Shown here piece after piece: positions 38,346 through 52,660 of a DNA stretch of 63,769 nucleotides. Source of the DNA: Lama guanicoe (taxonomy: Eukaryota); contig MU055753.1 of assembly GCA_013239625.1 (NCBI GenBank), forward strand, positions 6,764,821 to 6,828,589, given 5' to 3'. Below the pieces are notes generated by a model that did not search any database, was not told the origin of the DNA, and saw only the letters and a program-made list of their open reading frames with translations. The position numbers were made by a program, and so were the translations under genes. Every line of letters begins with the position of its first letter. The stretch's first letter is position 1.

Positions 38346-38499
38346 TGTCATCTCTTTCAAAAAATGTCATCCCCAGCAGAATTTGCAAAACATTTGTGTT
38401 AGTGTATGGTCATGTGCCTCCCACATGTCTCACTGTGAGGCCAGAGGTAGACTGAAGTTGCCTCTGCTCTCCAATATCAGAGACCGATAGCTAAGTTTT

Positions 38500-38880
38500 A
38501 AAAGTGTAACGGGGAGACCACTGGCCTGGGAGTCAAAGGTAGAGCTGTCACTCTTGCTCTGCTACTGACGTTATATGTGTTATTGTGGATGTTTCTGCAT
38601 CTCTGTGTGCCTCCATTCCACTCCAGGTCAACTTTAACTTGCAAATAAAATGTAATAGCGATGATAGAAATCAGGCAGTATTATTTCACAGCTTGGCTGT
38701 TTCACATGAAAGTTGAGTGACATTGAACCCCAGAAAGGTCATGTTTCAGATTCTTCATCTATAGAAGTAAAGATGAAAATACTGTCTCATGAAGAATGAA
38801 AAGAAAATTCATGTAAAATATTGAGCATGATGTCTGGCATATAGTGAAACTCAGTACATGTAAGCTAATATTATTACTTT
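38500..38880 (+). mobile_element. Two MIR fragments
   Basis: 'ctggcctgggagtca...ctctgctactgac...ctctgtgtgcctcc' and 'ttcttcatctatagaa...atgtctggcatatagtgaaactcagtacatg'. Confidence 0.65.
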
Positions 38881-40109
38881 ACTGGGACTTGGGGAGATCA
38901 AAAAATAATCAAGACTTAGCAGATGTTACGTGTCTAAGCCCAGCCATTGTTTGTGTGTGTGAGCGACTGAAAGATATACAGTTGGCAGCCATGTCTAGTG
39001 TACACTAGATTGAATATTGAATCTCTAATTCTGTCATTGAGTGATCTTTTGACTGATCAGATCTTTCTTGCTTTCTTTTCCTTTTTTTTTTCCATCTTTT
39101 TGTTCAACAATTTATTGAACACACACAGTGTACCAAGAATTTTACTAAGAATGAAGTATGAAATAACCAAATTGTACACCAACTTTCCCCCTTGGACCTT
39201 AATATTTAATATGGCCTCTCTGATGATTTGCCCTGGAACCACCACGTGCATTCCCTTTGTCACAGAAAATTCAGACTCTTCTCAAGTGCTCATCTGTACT
39301 TCTCTCTCCCCTTCCAGCATTTTCTAGAAAAAAAAATATAGGAGGTAGCAAAGTTTATATGAGCTAGTTACGTGGACACTGATGCATGCATTTTCTAAGC
39401 TTTGGCCATTTGGGATTGTAGAAGCAATTCAAGCTGCCTCTGGGAGTAGACCCACACTTTGCTTACTCGGGAAAATTAAAATAGACACAGCCAAAAGGCA
39501 TCACTTCATTCACCCCAGATCTCACACTACAAGCCAGATCAGCCATGCCTGATCTCTCGGTGACAAGGGTGAATTATAAACCAGGGGCTGCATTTTGTTC
39601 CTCATCCCTCCCTCTCCTCTTTATGCCTTCCCGCACTCCCAGGTGCCCATGATGGAGATGTGATTGCAGTCGCACAGAAGGAAATATTTTAAGACCTGCC
39701 AAAACCCTTGGCTCAGAACTCGCTTTTCCAAGCAACCTGTCTGAACATGGTGACTGCAGTGAATTATTGAGACCTTAGAGGGTTCACCAAGAGGAGCATA
39801 GCAAGGGGAGGGTGGGGCCGGAGCCTGCAGCTAGAATCTAGTTCCCTTCCCCCATCCAGTTACCAGCTGGGCTGTGGATTTAGCATCTCCTCTGGGACCT
39901 GTCTTCTGGGTCCACACAGGAAGGGTAGGATGGCATCGGGCAGGAAGCGGCCGAGGATTTGGGACAGCACATTTATCTTTGATGGTGAGAAGCAAGGCAT
40001 TAGTAGATTACTATCCAGATGCATCTGACTTCAAGTCTCAGGAGCAGGCCTTTATAATTAAAACATGTGAGGTCCAGTTTTAAATAACACACACAGATAC
40101 TTCTTCCTT

Positions 40110-40600
40110 CACGTATGAAAACAATCACAGTGGCTACCCTTGTTCCAGACACTGGCCAGGGGTGCATGCAGTTAATCTTCACAACAATCCTATGAGGTAG
40201 GTGCTATTTTTATCCCCAGACATAGTTGGGGACACTGAGGCATGGGTATAGAAATTTTCATAAAGCATATTTGGAAATATACAGGAAGAGTTGAATCAGG
40301 ATTCAAACCAAAGTGGTCTGTTTCCAGGGCTGCACTCTACGTACTGTGCTGGGTTGCCTCTTGATGATGCTGAAGGTGAGGAAATTGAGGCTGATGATGA
40401 CTCCCTGAGCTGAATAATCTCTCTGCCACATTTTATTTACTCGTCTTCAACACCACAAGCTCACGGTTTTATCCCCATTTCACAGCTGAGCACAGTGAGG
40501 ATAAGAGAAGCGAAGTGATTAGCACAAGATCATAGTAAAAAATACATGTATCAGAACGAGGACTCAAATCTAAATCTGTGCAACTCCAAAGTCTTTCTGA
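40110..40600 (-). mobile_element. Two MIR SINEs
   Basis: 'ttaatcttcacaacaatcctatgaggtaggtgctatttttatcccca...gacactgaggca' and 'atccccatttcacagctgagcacagtgagg...cacaagatcatag'. Confidence 0.8.
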
Positions 40601-41399
40601 AATGCAGCGAGCCTTCTGTGACTCTGGCCTAGAAAAGCACAAGACCCTCACAAATCCTCAAGTTCCCAAATGCCACTAGAGCAGCATTCAAGATTCCTCA
40701 TGAATGCAATAAAACATGGCTGAAGGAAAGCCAATTGCTCCTGCAGAAAAAGAATGAGTCTGTGAATACAAAGCTGAATTTCCACATGAAGCTCATTTCT
40801 GTCTACGAATTACCACTTTCTGAAATCCCTGCAATTTCTCATCCTTTCCATTGCCAAAATGAGCAGTGGGCTTTCCGGGGTGGGTGGGGGCTACTTCTTT
40901 CACAAAGTATCAAGTTGTGGTCACCTCCTGAGAGCTCTTGAGTATGTGATGACAGGGTGTGAACAACAGTGATATGTGTTTAGAGGATGCTTAGCTGGGC
41001 TCACTGAACCAGACCCTCACCCTGCAATCCATGTGCATAAAGGATAGATTATGACACAGCATCTGCCTTCTATGTTGCCTAGAGAGAGAGAAATCATAAA
41101 TTTGAGTCTGTGCATAATGATGACATTAGCTCTTATTTCATGAAACACTAGAGCCAGTTCCTTACTCTAAAGTCTAATATCCACCCACCAAAGACTGGTT
41201 GAATGAACTTCAGAACCTCCTTGCAGTGGAGTATTATACAGCACTTAAAATGAATGTGTAATAACTCCATGGATTACTATGGAGTCTTTGCCAGGGTATA
41301 TTCCAAACTTAATCTAAAATACAGAAAATTGTTTATAGCATGCTGCCATTATTAAGAGAAGAGGAGTATGAGTATGAGAAGAGGAGTATGTAGTAGCTT

Positions 41400-41570
41400 A
41401 TAGTTCTTGCTCTCACTATACATCCACTACAAGTTAGCATAGGAACTTTGCTTTTTCTAGTTAGCTAGGATTTTAGGCTGATGGAACAGTTCCAATTTTT
41501 TCTCTTAAACTACTGAGAATTGGGGGATACTTGTTACTACAGCATAATCCATTCAATCCTGACTGATACA
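41400..41570 (+). mobile_element. MLT1 LTR 3' end
   Basis: 'ttaaactactgagaattgggggatacttgttactacagcataa...cctgactgataca' is a typical MLT1 terminus. Confidence 0.7.
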
Positions 41571-41829
41571 TAAAAATTAATCAAATTTTAGCAAATTGAT
41601 TTTCTGTAAGTCAGTTAAATTAAGCTCATTTTTGCCTTAGGGGGACTTTTTTATGGTTATCATCAAAAATTTTTCAGATCCAATAATCAGCATTTTGTGT
41701 ATAAATTTGATTGTCTTATTCCAGATTGTTTTATAGTCATGGAATAGGTTAGTAGATAACAGAAATGCAGTTAAGTACCTCTCTACTCAAGGGGATACCC
41801 TCATCACATACTATTCTTCTTTAATATTT

Positions 41830-42215
41830 CTGTCACTCTGGGCCTCTTCCTGCTTCTTTGACAAACCAAGGTTATCCTCTGAGCCCTCATACTTGCTGGT
41901 CCTCCTAGGCAACTTGACGCATGTTGTCTTCAAATATTGAACTAGGTGGCTCCTTCTTTGATCCAACCTCTGCTCATATTTCACCTTCTTGGGTGAGGAG
42001 GTCCTATTTTATCATTTCACCCTGTTTTATGCCCTTCATAGAACTTAGCACTAACTGACTGTATCTGTATTATTTATGTATATGTTAGCTTGCTAATCAT
42101 CTGTATTCCCTTCTGAACAAGTCAGCTCTTTTACCTGTCTCATTCACTGCTAGAAAAAGACAGTGCCTAGAGCAGGGATGACAGACAGAAGATGCTCAAC
42201 AAATACTTAATAAAG
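41830..42215 (+). mobile_element. L2 LINE 3' end
   Basis: 'cttcatagaacttagcact...catctgtattcc...tgtctcattcactgct...cagtgcctagagcagg...gctcaacaaatac'. Confidence 0.75.
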
Positions 42216-43370
42216 ATAAGTACGTGAGACATATCCTTTACTTTTATTGCAGAAGGGTGTGTCAGTATCCCTTCCACTTTTGATAGAGGACTTTGCACAT
42301 ATTCTACTGAAAAGATCAAACCATTGTGAGATTATTGTTTTGCTTAAACACTCAGCTTCCTACATCTGCTCATCATCTGAGATAGCAGTAGTGGCTGTAT
42401 TTTCTGACACAGATATCCTTTCCCTCCTTCCTCTCCTGATGGTTCTGAAATGTCCTCTTCTTTGGGAAACATATGCTCTCCTCTCTGCAGATTTCATCTT
42501 GACTTCGTTGGTCACAAAAATTCTCACAGGAGTCCTGTTGTTTGGATAATTTAAACTTTGTGAATTTTGAAACTTAGCTTCAGTTAATCCTCAACATTTT
42601 CTCTGAATAATTTCTACTTGGTTCCTAGAATATTGGACTTCTTCTCATTCTCTTTTGAGTAGCATCTTGTCAGGGCTTGGTAACTATTGACAATATTTAA
42701 TGGCCCCTACTTTTATACCCATTGCTTAATTAAATGACAACAGGGTAATTCCATTTGGATGACTTGAACCCCTAGGAGTGGATGGAGCCAGTCACTTCAG
42801 GGTATCAATGGCACAGATGAAGGCTTGTGAGGTAGTGGACTGGTCCTCAGGCATCTGTCTTCTGGTGGGGCTTTTGCAACATTCAATGGAAATTTGCCTG
42901 TTTCCTCTCTTTTCTTAGAGAATTCAAGGTAAGCACTGGGGTTCAGTCTGGATACTCTATCCTGAAAAGACAATAATTTCTTATGTGAAAAATAACCCAT
43001 CCTACGGACAGAGTGTGCAGAGGGAAGAGTGACTCACATTTGCAGTAATACTACATATTTGAGGAACCATTCTCTAATTTGATTTACAGCGATGTACACA
43101 TATGTTCTTAACTGAAAAAAAATTTGGAGTCCCTGTTTATTGAGGCATCATCACTTTCCAAAATTAACTCTATTCCCTTCGAAGAGGTCAGTTTTGTAAA
43201 TGATTGTGTTTGTGTTTGGTATGTAAAGTGATGAGACTAAGTTACAGAGTAAGTTTTGAGATAAATAAAGTACAAATAATGAAGGTGATGACGATGATGA
43301 CGATGATGTTTATAGAGGGTTTGTCCCAATGCCAGCCACTGTGCTAAGTACTTTATCTATAGTCTATTTT

Positions 43371-43587
43371 TTCTTATTTTACTTCTTTTTTTTTTAATTG
43401 AAGTAGTCAGTTTACAATGTTGTGTTAATTTCTGGTGTATAGGATAGTGATTCAGTTATACATATATATATATATATATTCCTTTTCATATGCTTTTTCA
43501 TAATAGGCTATTACAAGATATTGAATATAGTCCCCTGTGCTATATAGTAGGACCTTGTTGTTTATCTGTTTTATATATAGCAGTTAG
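43371..43587 (-). mobile_element. Young 5'-truncated L1 3' end inserted into a MIR
   Basis: 'tttttaattgaagtagtcagtttacaatgttgtg...gtcccctgtgctatatagtaggacc'; TSD tatctatagtctatttt (43354-43370) / tatctatagtatatttt (43588-43604); reverse MIR on both sides (~43280-43353, ~43605-43730). Confidence 0.9.
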
Positions 43588-44379
43588 TATCTATAGTATA
43601 TTTTATCACTGAATTCTCATAAGAACCCTTCGCAGAAAGTGCCATTTTAGAAACAAAAAAACTAAGGCAACAGGAGATTCAGAAGCTGCACTGCTGCTGA
43701 GGAACTAGGAGTGGACCTGGTAGTCTTATTAGATTTTATACCTTGAAGAGATCATACAGTATATAAAATTATTGCATCCTGGTTTTATTTCCTTTAACTC
43801 TATACAAGTGGTTTTCCTTAATGTTATGTGTCTAGGGAAACTTGGGCCCTCAGAAATTGTACATGAATTTTTTTCCAGGAGCAAGATCATAGCTTTCAAA
43901 CTTTCTCTAAGGAGTCCATGACCCAGAAGAAAATCATAATAGATAATGTCTGTGTTTATTTATTCTTTAAGGTTAATTTGTATTTACATATTCAGCAACT
44001 GTCTGCTGACAGTGATCAAAGCACTGGGCAGAGGGATCAATCAGACATGGTCTTCTGCCTCCAGGGGCCCCATGAGTATGTTCACACACTGTTATGATGT
44101 CCTTTCCGATTCTGAGATTTTATGTCTCCGGGCTGCTCTGTCTACACCAGTCTGGTTATCTGTCCTTTTCCAGCTTACCCAGTCATGGCCACACAATTCA
44201 GCACAGCACAGCACTGTTTAAAATTAGTCCCTTTGTATTAATTCCCATCTCCTTGTCTGTTTCAAGCATTCCTTAAAGGCAAGGATGATGCTTTCCACAT
44301 TTCTGGCATCTCTACCCAGCATGTCATCCAGGGATGGGCAAGAAGCAATGACTTAGTGGATGTTCTTCCAACGTTCTTC

Positions 44380-44605
44380 AGTAAGCCTGGTGCAGAGAAA
44401 TGAGTCTGGAAGATAGGGATGCAACCCCCTACAGCTCTGCTTACCAGCTGTGTGACCTTAAGTAGATCACTTTACCTGTCGAGCCTTCAATTTTCTCAAC
44501 TGGAAAAAGGGAAGCCAGTTTCTGTCTCTGACGATTGTTTGATAATTAGAGATTGCATATGTTAAATGTCTGTCACATAGGAGGCTCTTGTTAAATTGTT
44601 AAATA
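44380..44605 (+). mobile_element. MIR SINE
   Basis: 'cagctctgcttaccagctgtgtgaccttaagtagatcactttacctg...ttttctcaactggaaaaaggg...cacataggaggctc'. Confidence 0.8.
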
Positions 44606-45974
44606 TTTGTGCCTTTCATTTCTAAGTGACCTCACCATCCATTGGTTGGACCAAGTTAAGAGGCATGAGGAAGTGTTTCTCTGCCTGCAACCCCCAAACG
44701 GCCCCTTCCCTGCACTGAGCTGGAGTCAGAGAGTGGCTTTCCCCCAAGTCTTCCCATCTCTACCATCTGCGCGGCCAACTGTTCTCTGACTGCGAGCCTC
44801 CGGCTTGCAGCCCCGCTAAGCAGGTGTGGCTGACGCCTGCCTCCTCTCTGCTTTGCATGCGGAATCTGATTGTGTTTGACAAGCTGCTCACGATGGAGGG
44901 AAAAAACCATGAATTGGATTAAATGCTCTTTGTTTAGACTTTATTAGCCAAAGAGGCTGCTGCATAATTAATTGGAGAATAAGCTATAATCTCACATGGA
45001 GGCAGAGACTCAGCCCCCTGAAGCACAGCCCTGCTTCCACGTAGGATGATTTGGCAGGGAGGTAGAGGGGTGTATTCCTAATTCATTTGTGGTTTTGAGG
45101 AAGCAATGGACATAAACGAAAGAGATGTCCTTCCAACACACACCTTTATCCATCCACATGACCCTAATAAAGCAGGTCATCCTAGCAGATTGCTTAATCT
45201 AAGATTCAGTTTCCTCATTTGGGTTAAGTATAGGGTTGTGATAAGGATTAAATAAAAGAAAACATTTAAAGAATTTAGCACAGTGCTTTGCATGGGGGTA
45301 AGCACTCAACATATTTTGGCTAATATAAATTAATAATAATTGTTATTATTTTGTTATCATTGTAATTATTATTATTCTTAAAACTTAGAATGTACAGAGA
45401 AGTCCTCAGAGGGCCCACCCCTCTCAAGTTGTGCTTCCAAGATAGAAATTTTAAAAGAATAGAATCATGGAAACTTCTAGTCTTACCCGATTTCACCTCC
45501 AGTAGCCCAGAGAGAAGGGCCTTGCCCAGAGAGAAACAGAAATTCAGTCAGAAGAGAGGGCTGGTCTGTGTTTTATTTATGATAATGTAGAACAAATATT
45601 CTGAAACAACAAATAACCCTTCTTTTTAAGATTGTCCTATGAAAAATATAAGTACAGAGAGACTATTTTTATTCATCTGTTTGTCCCAGTTTATTAATCT
45701 GAATCTTTCTTACTTAGAAAAAAAAAGGACCTTCTGCACTGAAATTAAATCCAGTCTGTCTAAGGTGGCTAAGATGAGTAGTCACAGCCCCTCCCTATTT
45801 AAAAATATGTCCCCTAGCTCATTATTCTGATGCTGAGATTCCCACTTCTGACAGCTGCCCTTCCTTGCCCCACGGTAGATATGCAGCAACCATGTGTTGA
45901 GTAAATGAATAAATCCCAGATCTTCCTTGGGCTGATACCATCCGTTGTGTCCAGCTACAGTCTCCCTTGAGCCC

Positions 45975-48375
45975 ACGTTTATATTAGCATAGCTGTATCT
46001 GCTTTCTTTTGGATAGTGTTTGCCTGGTGTATCCTTACCATGCTTTTATTTTCAATGTCAATTGATCCTCACATCTAAGGAGTATATTTGTAAGCAGAAA
46101 ATATATCTATCTGTTTCCCATTCTGATAATCCTTGTCTTTTAATTGGATTATCTATTTATGTTTAATATAACTTTAATGTAATTTATGATATATTAATAT
46201 AATTTAGGATATATATGGTACAATATGATTATTGTTATTTATAGTATATTTATTAATATAATTTATGGTATGACTTTTAATATACTTTATGATAATTTAT
46301 ATGATAATATAATTTATGATATATTTAGGTGTAACTTCACCACCTTCCTATTTTTTCTATTTGTCTCATGTATTCCTTTTTCCTCCTGCTCCTTTACTTG
46401 ATTTTTTATTGGGGTGTTATGGCATGTCGCCATCTACTGAAATAATAATTGTTCATAATTTCACTAATCTTTTAATAGAGTAGAGCATGTAACCTTGGCT
46501 ATAGTCAAATATAAATTACTGCTTTCACTCCTTTCCAGATATTAGAACCTCAGTATATTTTAGCTTCATTTACCACCTCTTGCCTTTTGTTATAAAATTG
46601 TTATCTATCTATTTTAATTCTGCATATATTTCAAATCACATAGGGCAATATTATCTTTCGGTACCATCAATTGAAGCATGTTTTATACATATATCTAATC
46701 AGCTTTTTTTATTGGTTTTCATTCCTTCCTGCATTTCCACGCTTCTGCCTAGAATAATTTTTTCCAAGCTTGAAGAACTTAAATTTTCAACTGTTTCTTT
46801 TAGTGTAGGTATGCTATAAATTATCTCAGGTTTTGTTATTCTGGAAATGCCCATATTTTACCTTTACTTTTTAAGTGTATTTTTGCTGTATAGAATTCTA
46901 GGTTGATAGTTACTTTTATTCAATGTTTATATTTTGTTTTCCATCTTTTCCTGAGAATTAGCTGTCATTGTTATTTCTCTGAAGACAACGTATTGGGTTT
47001 TTTTCTCTGTCTGCTTTTAAGATTTTCTGTCTTTGGTTTTCAGCAGTCTTACTGGAATGTGACCTAGCGTGGTTTTCGTTGTATTTATCTTACTTGAGTC
47101 TGTAGTGCTTCTTGAATCTGTGGGTTGATATCTTTCATCAGTTTTAGAAAATTCTGAAGCATTGTTTCTTCAAATGTTGCTTCTGTCCATTTCTGTCTGA
47201 CGTACAATTCTGATAGCCCAGATACATGCAATGTTAGATCAAAGCACTGTGTCCCATATGCCTTTTCTGTTTTTCACTCATACTTTTTCTCTCTGAGCTT
47301 CTGTCCTAAGTGCTTTCTACTTTATTTTACAATTAATTAATACTTTCTTTGTATATGACTGCTGTGTGAGTTAACATTACTACAATGATAATTTCTTTTT
47401 TCCAGTCTAATGTTTTAATTAAATTAGTTTCTCTGTACTTCAGTTTTCTTTCTAAATTATCTATCTTGTCTTTCATAATTTGAAGATACTAATCACAGTG
47501 TTTTTCAGACCATTTTTAATGTACTATCCAATACATGGATCACTCCTGGCTCTGTTTCTATTATCTATTTCTTCTATTGGTCTCACGTCTTGGTTTGCAT
47601 GGTAATTATTGCATGGATGCAATACCACATATATTTGGGAAAAAAACAGAGAAGCTCTGGATGCTTTTGTATTTCTCCTGGAAAGTTTTATTTAACTTAT
47701 AGCCAGAAGTTCAAGTAGGAGCAGATTATCAAAATATAATCAAGAATCAAGATGGTTCAAAGTATGTTTTAGCCTCATAAAAACTTCCATTTTATTTCTG
47801 CTCTCCTCCTGGTGTATAAATCCTTCAGCATCCCCAGTGAAATACCTATCACGTTTAGTAGAGCTTTCCCACCCTGTTGAATCCTGAATCCCAATCCTTC
47901 TCTCTTCTGAACTTTTGGCTAGCTTCTGATTCTCCCAGTGGTGACTTTCTGCCTGGTGCTCTGTCTCTCACCCTGTCCTCCACTTAAAAATAAACCAATA
48001 ATTCAAGGGGGAAATCAGCCTAGAATATCAGGCTCCACTCCTGTACTTACCTTCTTTCTCAGATCGTGCCCACTAGGGTCCTGGCTGTCTGGGTAATTCT
48101 GAACTTCTCTTTGCTTTCCTTTTTGGCCTCCACAACCCGACGAGATGAATAAAAGTTCCAGTCAACTTCTCTGACTGTGCAGATGCTTTCTGCTCAGATT
48201 CTGGTGCTGCCTGGGCTCACCTCAGGGGTTTCCCTTCTCTCCAAAACCTTGCCACCACTACCCCGCTGCCAAGTCATAGCTGCTCTGGTAACTATCAAAT
48301 GCCTTCTATTATAACACAATTCTCTGATGAGAGTGTTGATCTGATACAAACACGTTTGTCAGAATTGGAAGTGGA
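45975..48375 (-). mobile_element. Ancient L1 (L1M-class) 5'/ORF1/start-of-ORF2 remnant with AT-rich low-complexity insert (~46150-46325)
   Basis: Reverse L1 motifs 'gctttcttttggatagtgtttgcctggtgtatc', 'tttgctgtatagaattctaggttgatag', 'ctgcttttaagattttctgtctttggttttcagcagtct', 'cttcttgaatctgtgggttgatatctttcatcagttttagaaaattc'. Confidence 0.8.
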
Positions 48376-49559
48376 TATTTGGGTCTACATTTCAAACTGC
48401 AGAATTTTTTAGAATCTTGAATGTCTAGCCAGGATGCAATTGTCTGCATCTCCAAACTGAGTCCCAGAAACCTGAAGAAAGTGCCCCTTGAAGTCTGGTA
48501 GTTTCCCTCAAGAAGCCCTCAATGAAGCCCCACTTGGTGATGATTCCAGTGATGGAATCAGAAGAAACCTCCGATTTTCAAGAATGCTGTCTGGTCCCCC
48601 GGTAGCTTCACACCACACTCTTTCTTCAGGAAGAGTGCCTCGTTCCTTCTGTTCCCCTGGATAGGAAGCTTGGCCCAGGGCCTCTTTCCAAAGACAGGTG
48701 CGATTTCCCACATGGACGGTTGGGAGTTTTGTTTCTTCAGGCTTTGCTGGGAGTCCCTCAAGGTGAGCTCTCCTAGGTGCTTTGGATTTTGTGCCTTTGG
48801 AAGGCACCAGGCTGGCTTCCGGAATCAATCATGGATTCTTCCCTCGAGCCTCAGCTTCCTGTTCTTCCAGACCCCTTCACCTCAATATAATATATTTGAA
48901 ACCTTCCATTTCCTTCCTTCCACGGCCAGCGTCGTGGACTTCTCTTGCCTGCATCCTGACCCTGACCCTGCCTCTGACACAGCGTCTCTTAACCCTCGGT
49001 AACCGCAAACTGGTATTTCTTTCATTTAGTCTCCCTCACTGCCAACTCACCCCCCAACTCAAACGAGCTTCTCCATGATATTTCTAAAACACACACACAC
49101 GTAGTCTTGTTGGTTTCCCTATTTAAAATGTTTCAACACTTATACTTCATTCATAGAAATAGAAACACATTGCAGCTGCCCCAGCAGAATAACTTGTGAA
49201 TATATACCATGAAAAAAAAAAAGCACATTCTCTTTACCCTGACAGTCCAATTCTCCTAACTTACCTTCAGCTATCCTAGTCAAGTGTGTCCATTGCAACA
49301 CTGTTTACAAGAAAGATTGGGGAAAAATCCCTACGTGGTCATTAACTGCTGCTATTTAAATAAATTATGCTGACTCTAGCATGGATGCCATGTGGCTTTT
49401 TTTTTTTAAGCATAAAGTGGCCACTAAGTGCTTTTATAGATCAATTTGCCGAGATATCTTTTTAAGTGAAAAAAAGAAAAGCAAGTTGTAGAACTGTGTA
49501 AGTAGGATAATCCTTTATATGTTTTAAAAAAAAAGCAGCGACAGGAAAGTAGACATTTC

Positions 49560-49690
49560 TTCATTTGTGTATCATCAGTCTTTCCCCACTAAAATGTGAC
49601 TTCTGTGAGTGCAAAGACTTTTTGTCTTTTTCCTTATTCTATCTCTGGGATCTGGACATAGTAAAGGCTCAGTAAATATTTGTTGTTTAC
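49560..49690 (+). mobile_element. L2 3' terminus
   Basis: 'ccccactaaaatgtgacttctgtgagtgcaaagac...ctggacatagtaaaggctcagtaaatatttgttg'. Confidence 0.8.
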
Positions 49691-50917
49691 TTTATCAGAG
49701 AAAAGGGCATGCTTCTCTGTTGTGCAGTGGTTTGATTATGATGTCAAATCCACTTGTTTATGAGAAAAATGAAGTTTTTAAGAGTGAAGTTGTTTTCAAG
49801 AATGAAGTTATTGTTTTGATATGAAAGTGAGATGGTGCATCAGGGTGTCAGCATCCCCACCTGTGGCTGCTGATAGGCACTCAGTAGCTCAGCTTGGGGG
49901 CTTATCAATAAGAACACATGAAGAAGCAACTATGGGGTCAGGGAGGGACATTTAGACCATAAGTGCTCAAAGTTTGTGAGGATCATCTGAATGTGTTAGG
50001 TCTGGGCAAGGCTACCATTTGCTGAGCTCTCCGAAGACCTTGAGGCATTAGTTCCTGCTGTAGTAAAGGTGACTCTTACCAGCAGTGGCAAAAGCCATGC
50101 AGTGGCCCCTGGAAGAAGGTCATCTTGCCGGCCAGCAGTGGCGCCACCGTTCCCTAGCAGCAGGGACTCTTCACTTTCCTTTCCCCTGCTGTTGGGCATC
50201 AGCTCATGGTTGATGAAGCCAACTCTCCCAAGAACCACCTCATAGAAAGATACACCTCAACTAAATATGGACTTTATTTCTTTCATCTTCTTTTTATGGA
50301 ACAATAATGTAATTAATCTATCATTGGTTTGGATTATGTTCTTTCTTGTTGGCTTATTAAGAGTCATTATCCTATATGCTGTTGACTTGTGAAATTATTA
50401 TTGTAATTCCTACAGTGAACTTGTGTTAGATAAACTGTTGACACAGATAACTAAACATTGGGAGTCTAGGGTGGAAGAGACTTGCTTTTCATTGTTTAAC
50501 CCCCCCACATATCCCTGTGTGTAGAAACTTCCGTCAGCCTCACTTCCCATCTCCTCACCATGTACTCTGACCACCAGCCACCCCAATCTACTCACCCTGT
50601 CCTGAACACACAGGGCATGTCCACAGCATGACACATCTGCTCAGTTTCCTCTGCCTTGGGCAGCCTTCTCAGATCTTCTGCTAAACTCCCACCCATCCAG
50701 CCTTAATCACTGACTCAATCCCTTTAGTTGCAAACATGCTTGTTCTTTCCTCTGGATTTCTTTAGCCCTTTCCTTTAGCACCTTAACTATAGCCTCTTGC
50801 TAAAGGATGCAATGTTCTACCTGGGCAAAGACCAACTCCTACTAATCTTCACGTAAGGAGCCCAGAACAGTGCTCAATGAACCATAGGTGCTAATCAGTG
50901 TTTAAGGAAGAATGAGT

Positions 50918-51366
50918 TTCATAAAAGCCCCCCAAGTGGAAACAGCCCAAATATCCATCAACTGATGAACGGATAAACAAAATGTGGTATATCCATACAA
51001 TGGAATGTTATCTGGCAGTAAAAATAAATGAAGTACCTCTATACGCTGCATTGTGGATGAACCTTAAAATCATTATGCTTAAGTGAAAAAAGCTAGTCAC
51101 AAGGGACCACCTATTATATGATTTTATTTACATGAAATATCCAGAATGGAAAAATCCATAGATACCAAAAGTAGACTGGTGGGTTTCTGGGGCCTGGGGA
51201 GGATGAAGGGTATGGAGTTTCTTTTCCGGAAGTGAAAACTTTCTAAAAAATTGATGGTGGTGATGGATGCAGTACTCTCTAAATATACTGAAAGCCACTG
51301 AATTGTGCATTTAGAATCGGCAAATTGTTTGGTACGTGAATTATATCTCAGTAAAGCTGTTTGAAG
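50918..51366 (+). mobile_element. L1MB-like 3' end
   Basis: 'gtggaaacagcccaaatatccatcaactgatgaacggataaacaaaatgtggtatatccatacaatgg...gtgaattatatctcagtaaagctgtt'. Confidence 0.9.
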
Positions 51367-52449
51367 AACTGAAAATGAAAAGAACGAGTGAGAGAAGAGT
51401 GAATCATGAACCACGTTAATACAGGTTAATGGAGCATCTCGATCAGGAGAAAGACTCTCTCAGCTGACTCCCCACACCTGCCAGGAGGAGCCCTCCTAAA
51501 TTATCGAGTTATTTATACAACAAATAGCACCAAGGCTATTGTGTGCCTTCGCCATGCCAAGTACTGGGGATAGAGAAGTGAATTGGACAGAAATATTCTC
51601 CGCCATCACAGAGCTGATTGCTTAGGATGATAGCTTGATGTTTAACAAAAGTATTACCCAAAGAATTTATTATCATCATCATCATCACAGTTGTGTTAAA
51701 AACTAGAAAGAAAAGACATCTGAAGCACGAGTAGAGCAGAAAGATATTGCTTGTCCAGCCTGGATGAGGCCCCCGTAGTCTGGTAATTGTCATGCCTAAT
51801 ACCACCCCTGTGCTTGGGCATTTTCAGTTAACACTGCCTGACCTTGTCTCCTCATAAACAGAGCATTTAGTGAAACAATGCACAGCCAGACGGCATGGGT
51901 TTGGAGTCTCTTACTCTGTCACCGCTGTGATGGACAGCCCTACCTGGGCCACCGAGGAGCATCCGGAACTTGGCCCTCACACCATTCTTTGATACAAACC
52001 TTCACCTCCGCCTTCCAATGCCTGGCAACATGGATAGATAGCTTTAATTACACCAGTCCTTAAGGACCCTTCCAGGCCTTCGCTGAGGCATTTCATTTCC
52101 TTCTGCTCAGGGCCGCTAATGCCGGGTGATATAACTCAACAGATTTCCCTGGGAGGGATTTTGAAAACTAAACCCCCAACTTTGCTGACACTGCATGTAT
52201 TGACTGAGCTGGGCCCACTTCACCTTCTCTTTTAGAGCCAGTGATTCACAGCTTCTGGAGCTCATGAAAATCTGATCAGGCCAGTTGTGGACTGAAACTC
52301 CTGTATTCCACATTGTCTCCAGGATGGATTCCATATGCCTCCTATGCATACACAGCCCTTTGCATCCAACCCCATTTGCCCCCTGCCCGCCAGCCACATC
52401 CCTCACCATCTTCATGCTCCTCACCGTCCTCATCTTCACCACTAGTCCT

Positions 52450-52660
52450 TACCAGATACTACACATTGTACTTCTCCTTGGAGTGAATTATCTCATCACA
52501 TCTTCCCAACAACCCTTCAAGGCTGGGAGTGTTCTTATCTCCATTCTACACATGAGGAAAAAAAAAAAAGGAGAAAATAGCTTCCCCAAGTCTTACAGCT
52601 AAGAAGTAGTAAGACTCGGATTTCAACACAGGCAGTCTGACTGTGATTTTAATCACTTCA
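52450..52660 (-). mobile_element. MIR SINE
   Basis: 'tcttcccaacaaccct...atctccattctacacatgaggaaa...ccaagtcttacagctaagaagt...ggatttcaacacaggcagtctgac'. Confidence 0.8.

Noticed and set aside
37966-38490. 174-aa ORF, the longest gap-free ORF
   Set aside because: Lies mostly within an MLT1 solo LTR, has a non-ATG start and no protein-like features
48040-48056. Perfect minus-strand donor AAG|GTAAGT
   Set aside because: Inside an ancient L1 remnant, with no matching acceptor or exon evident
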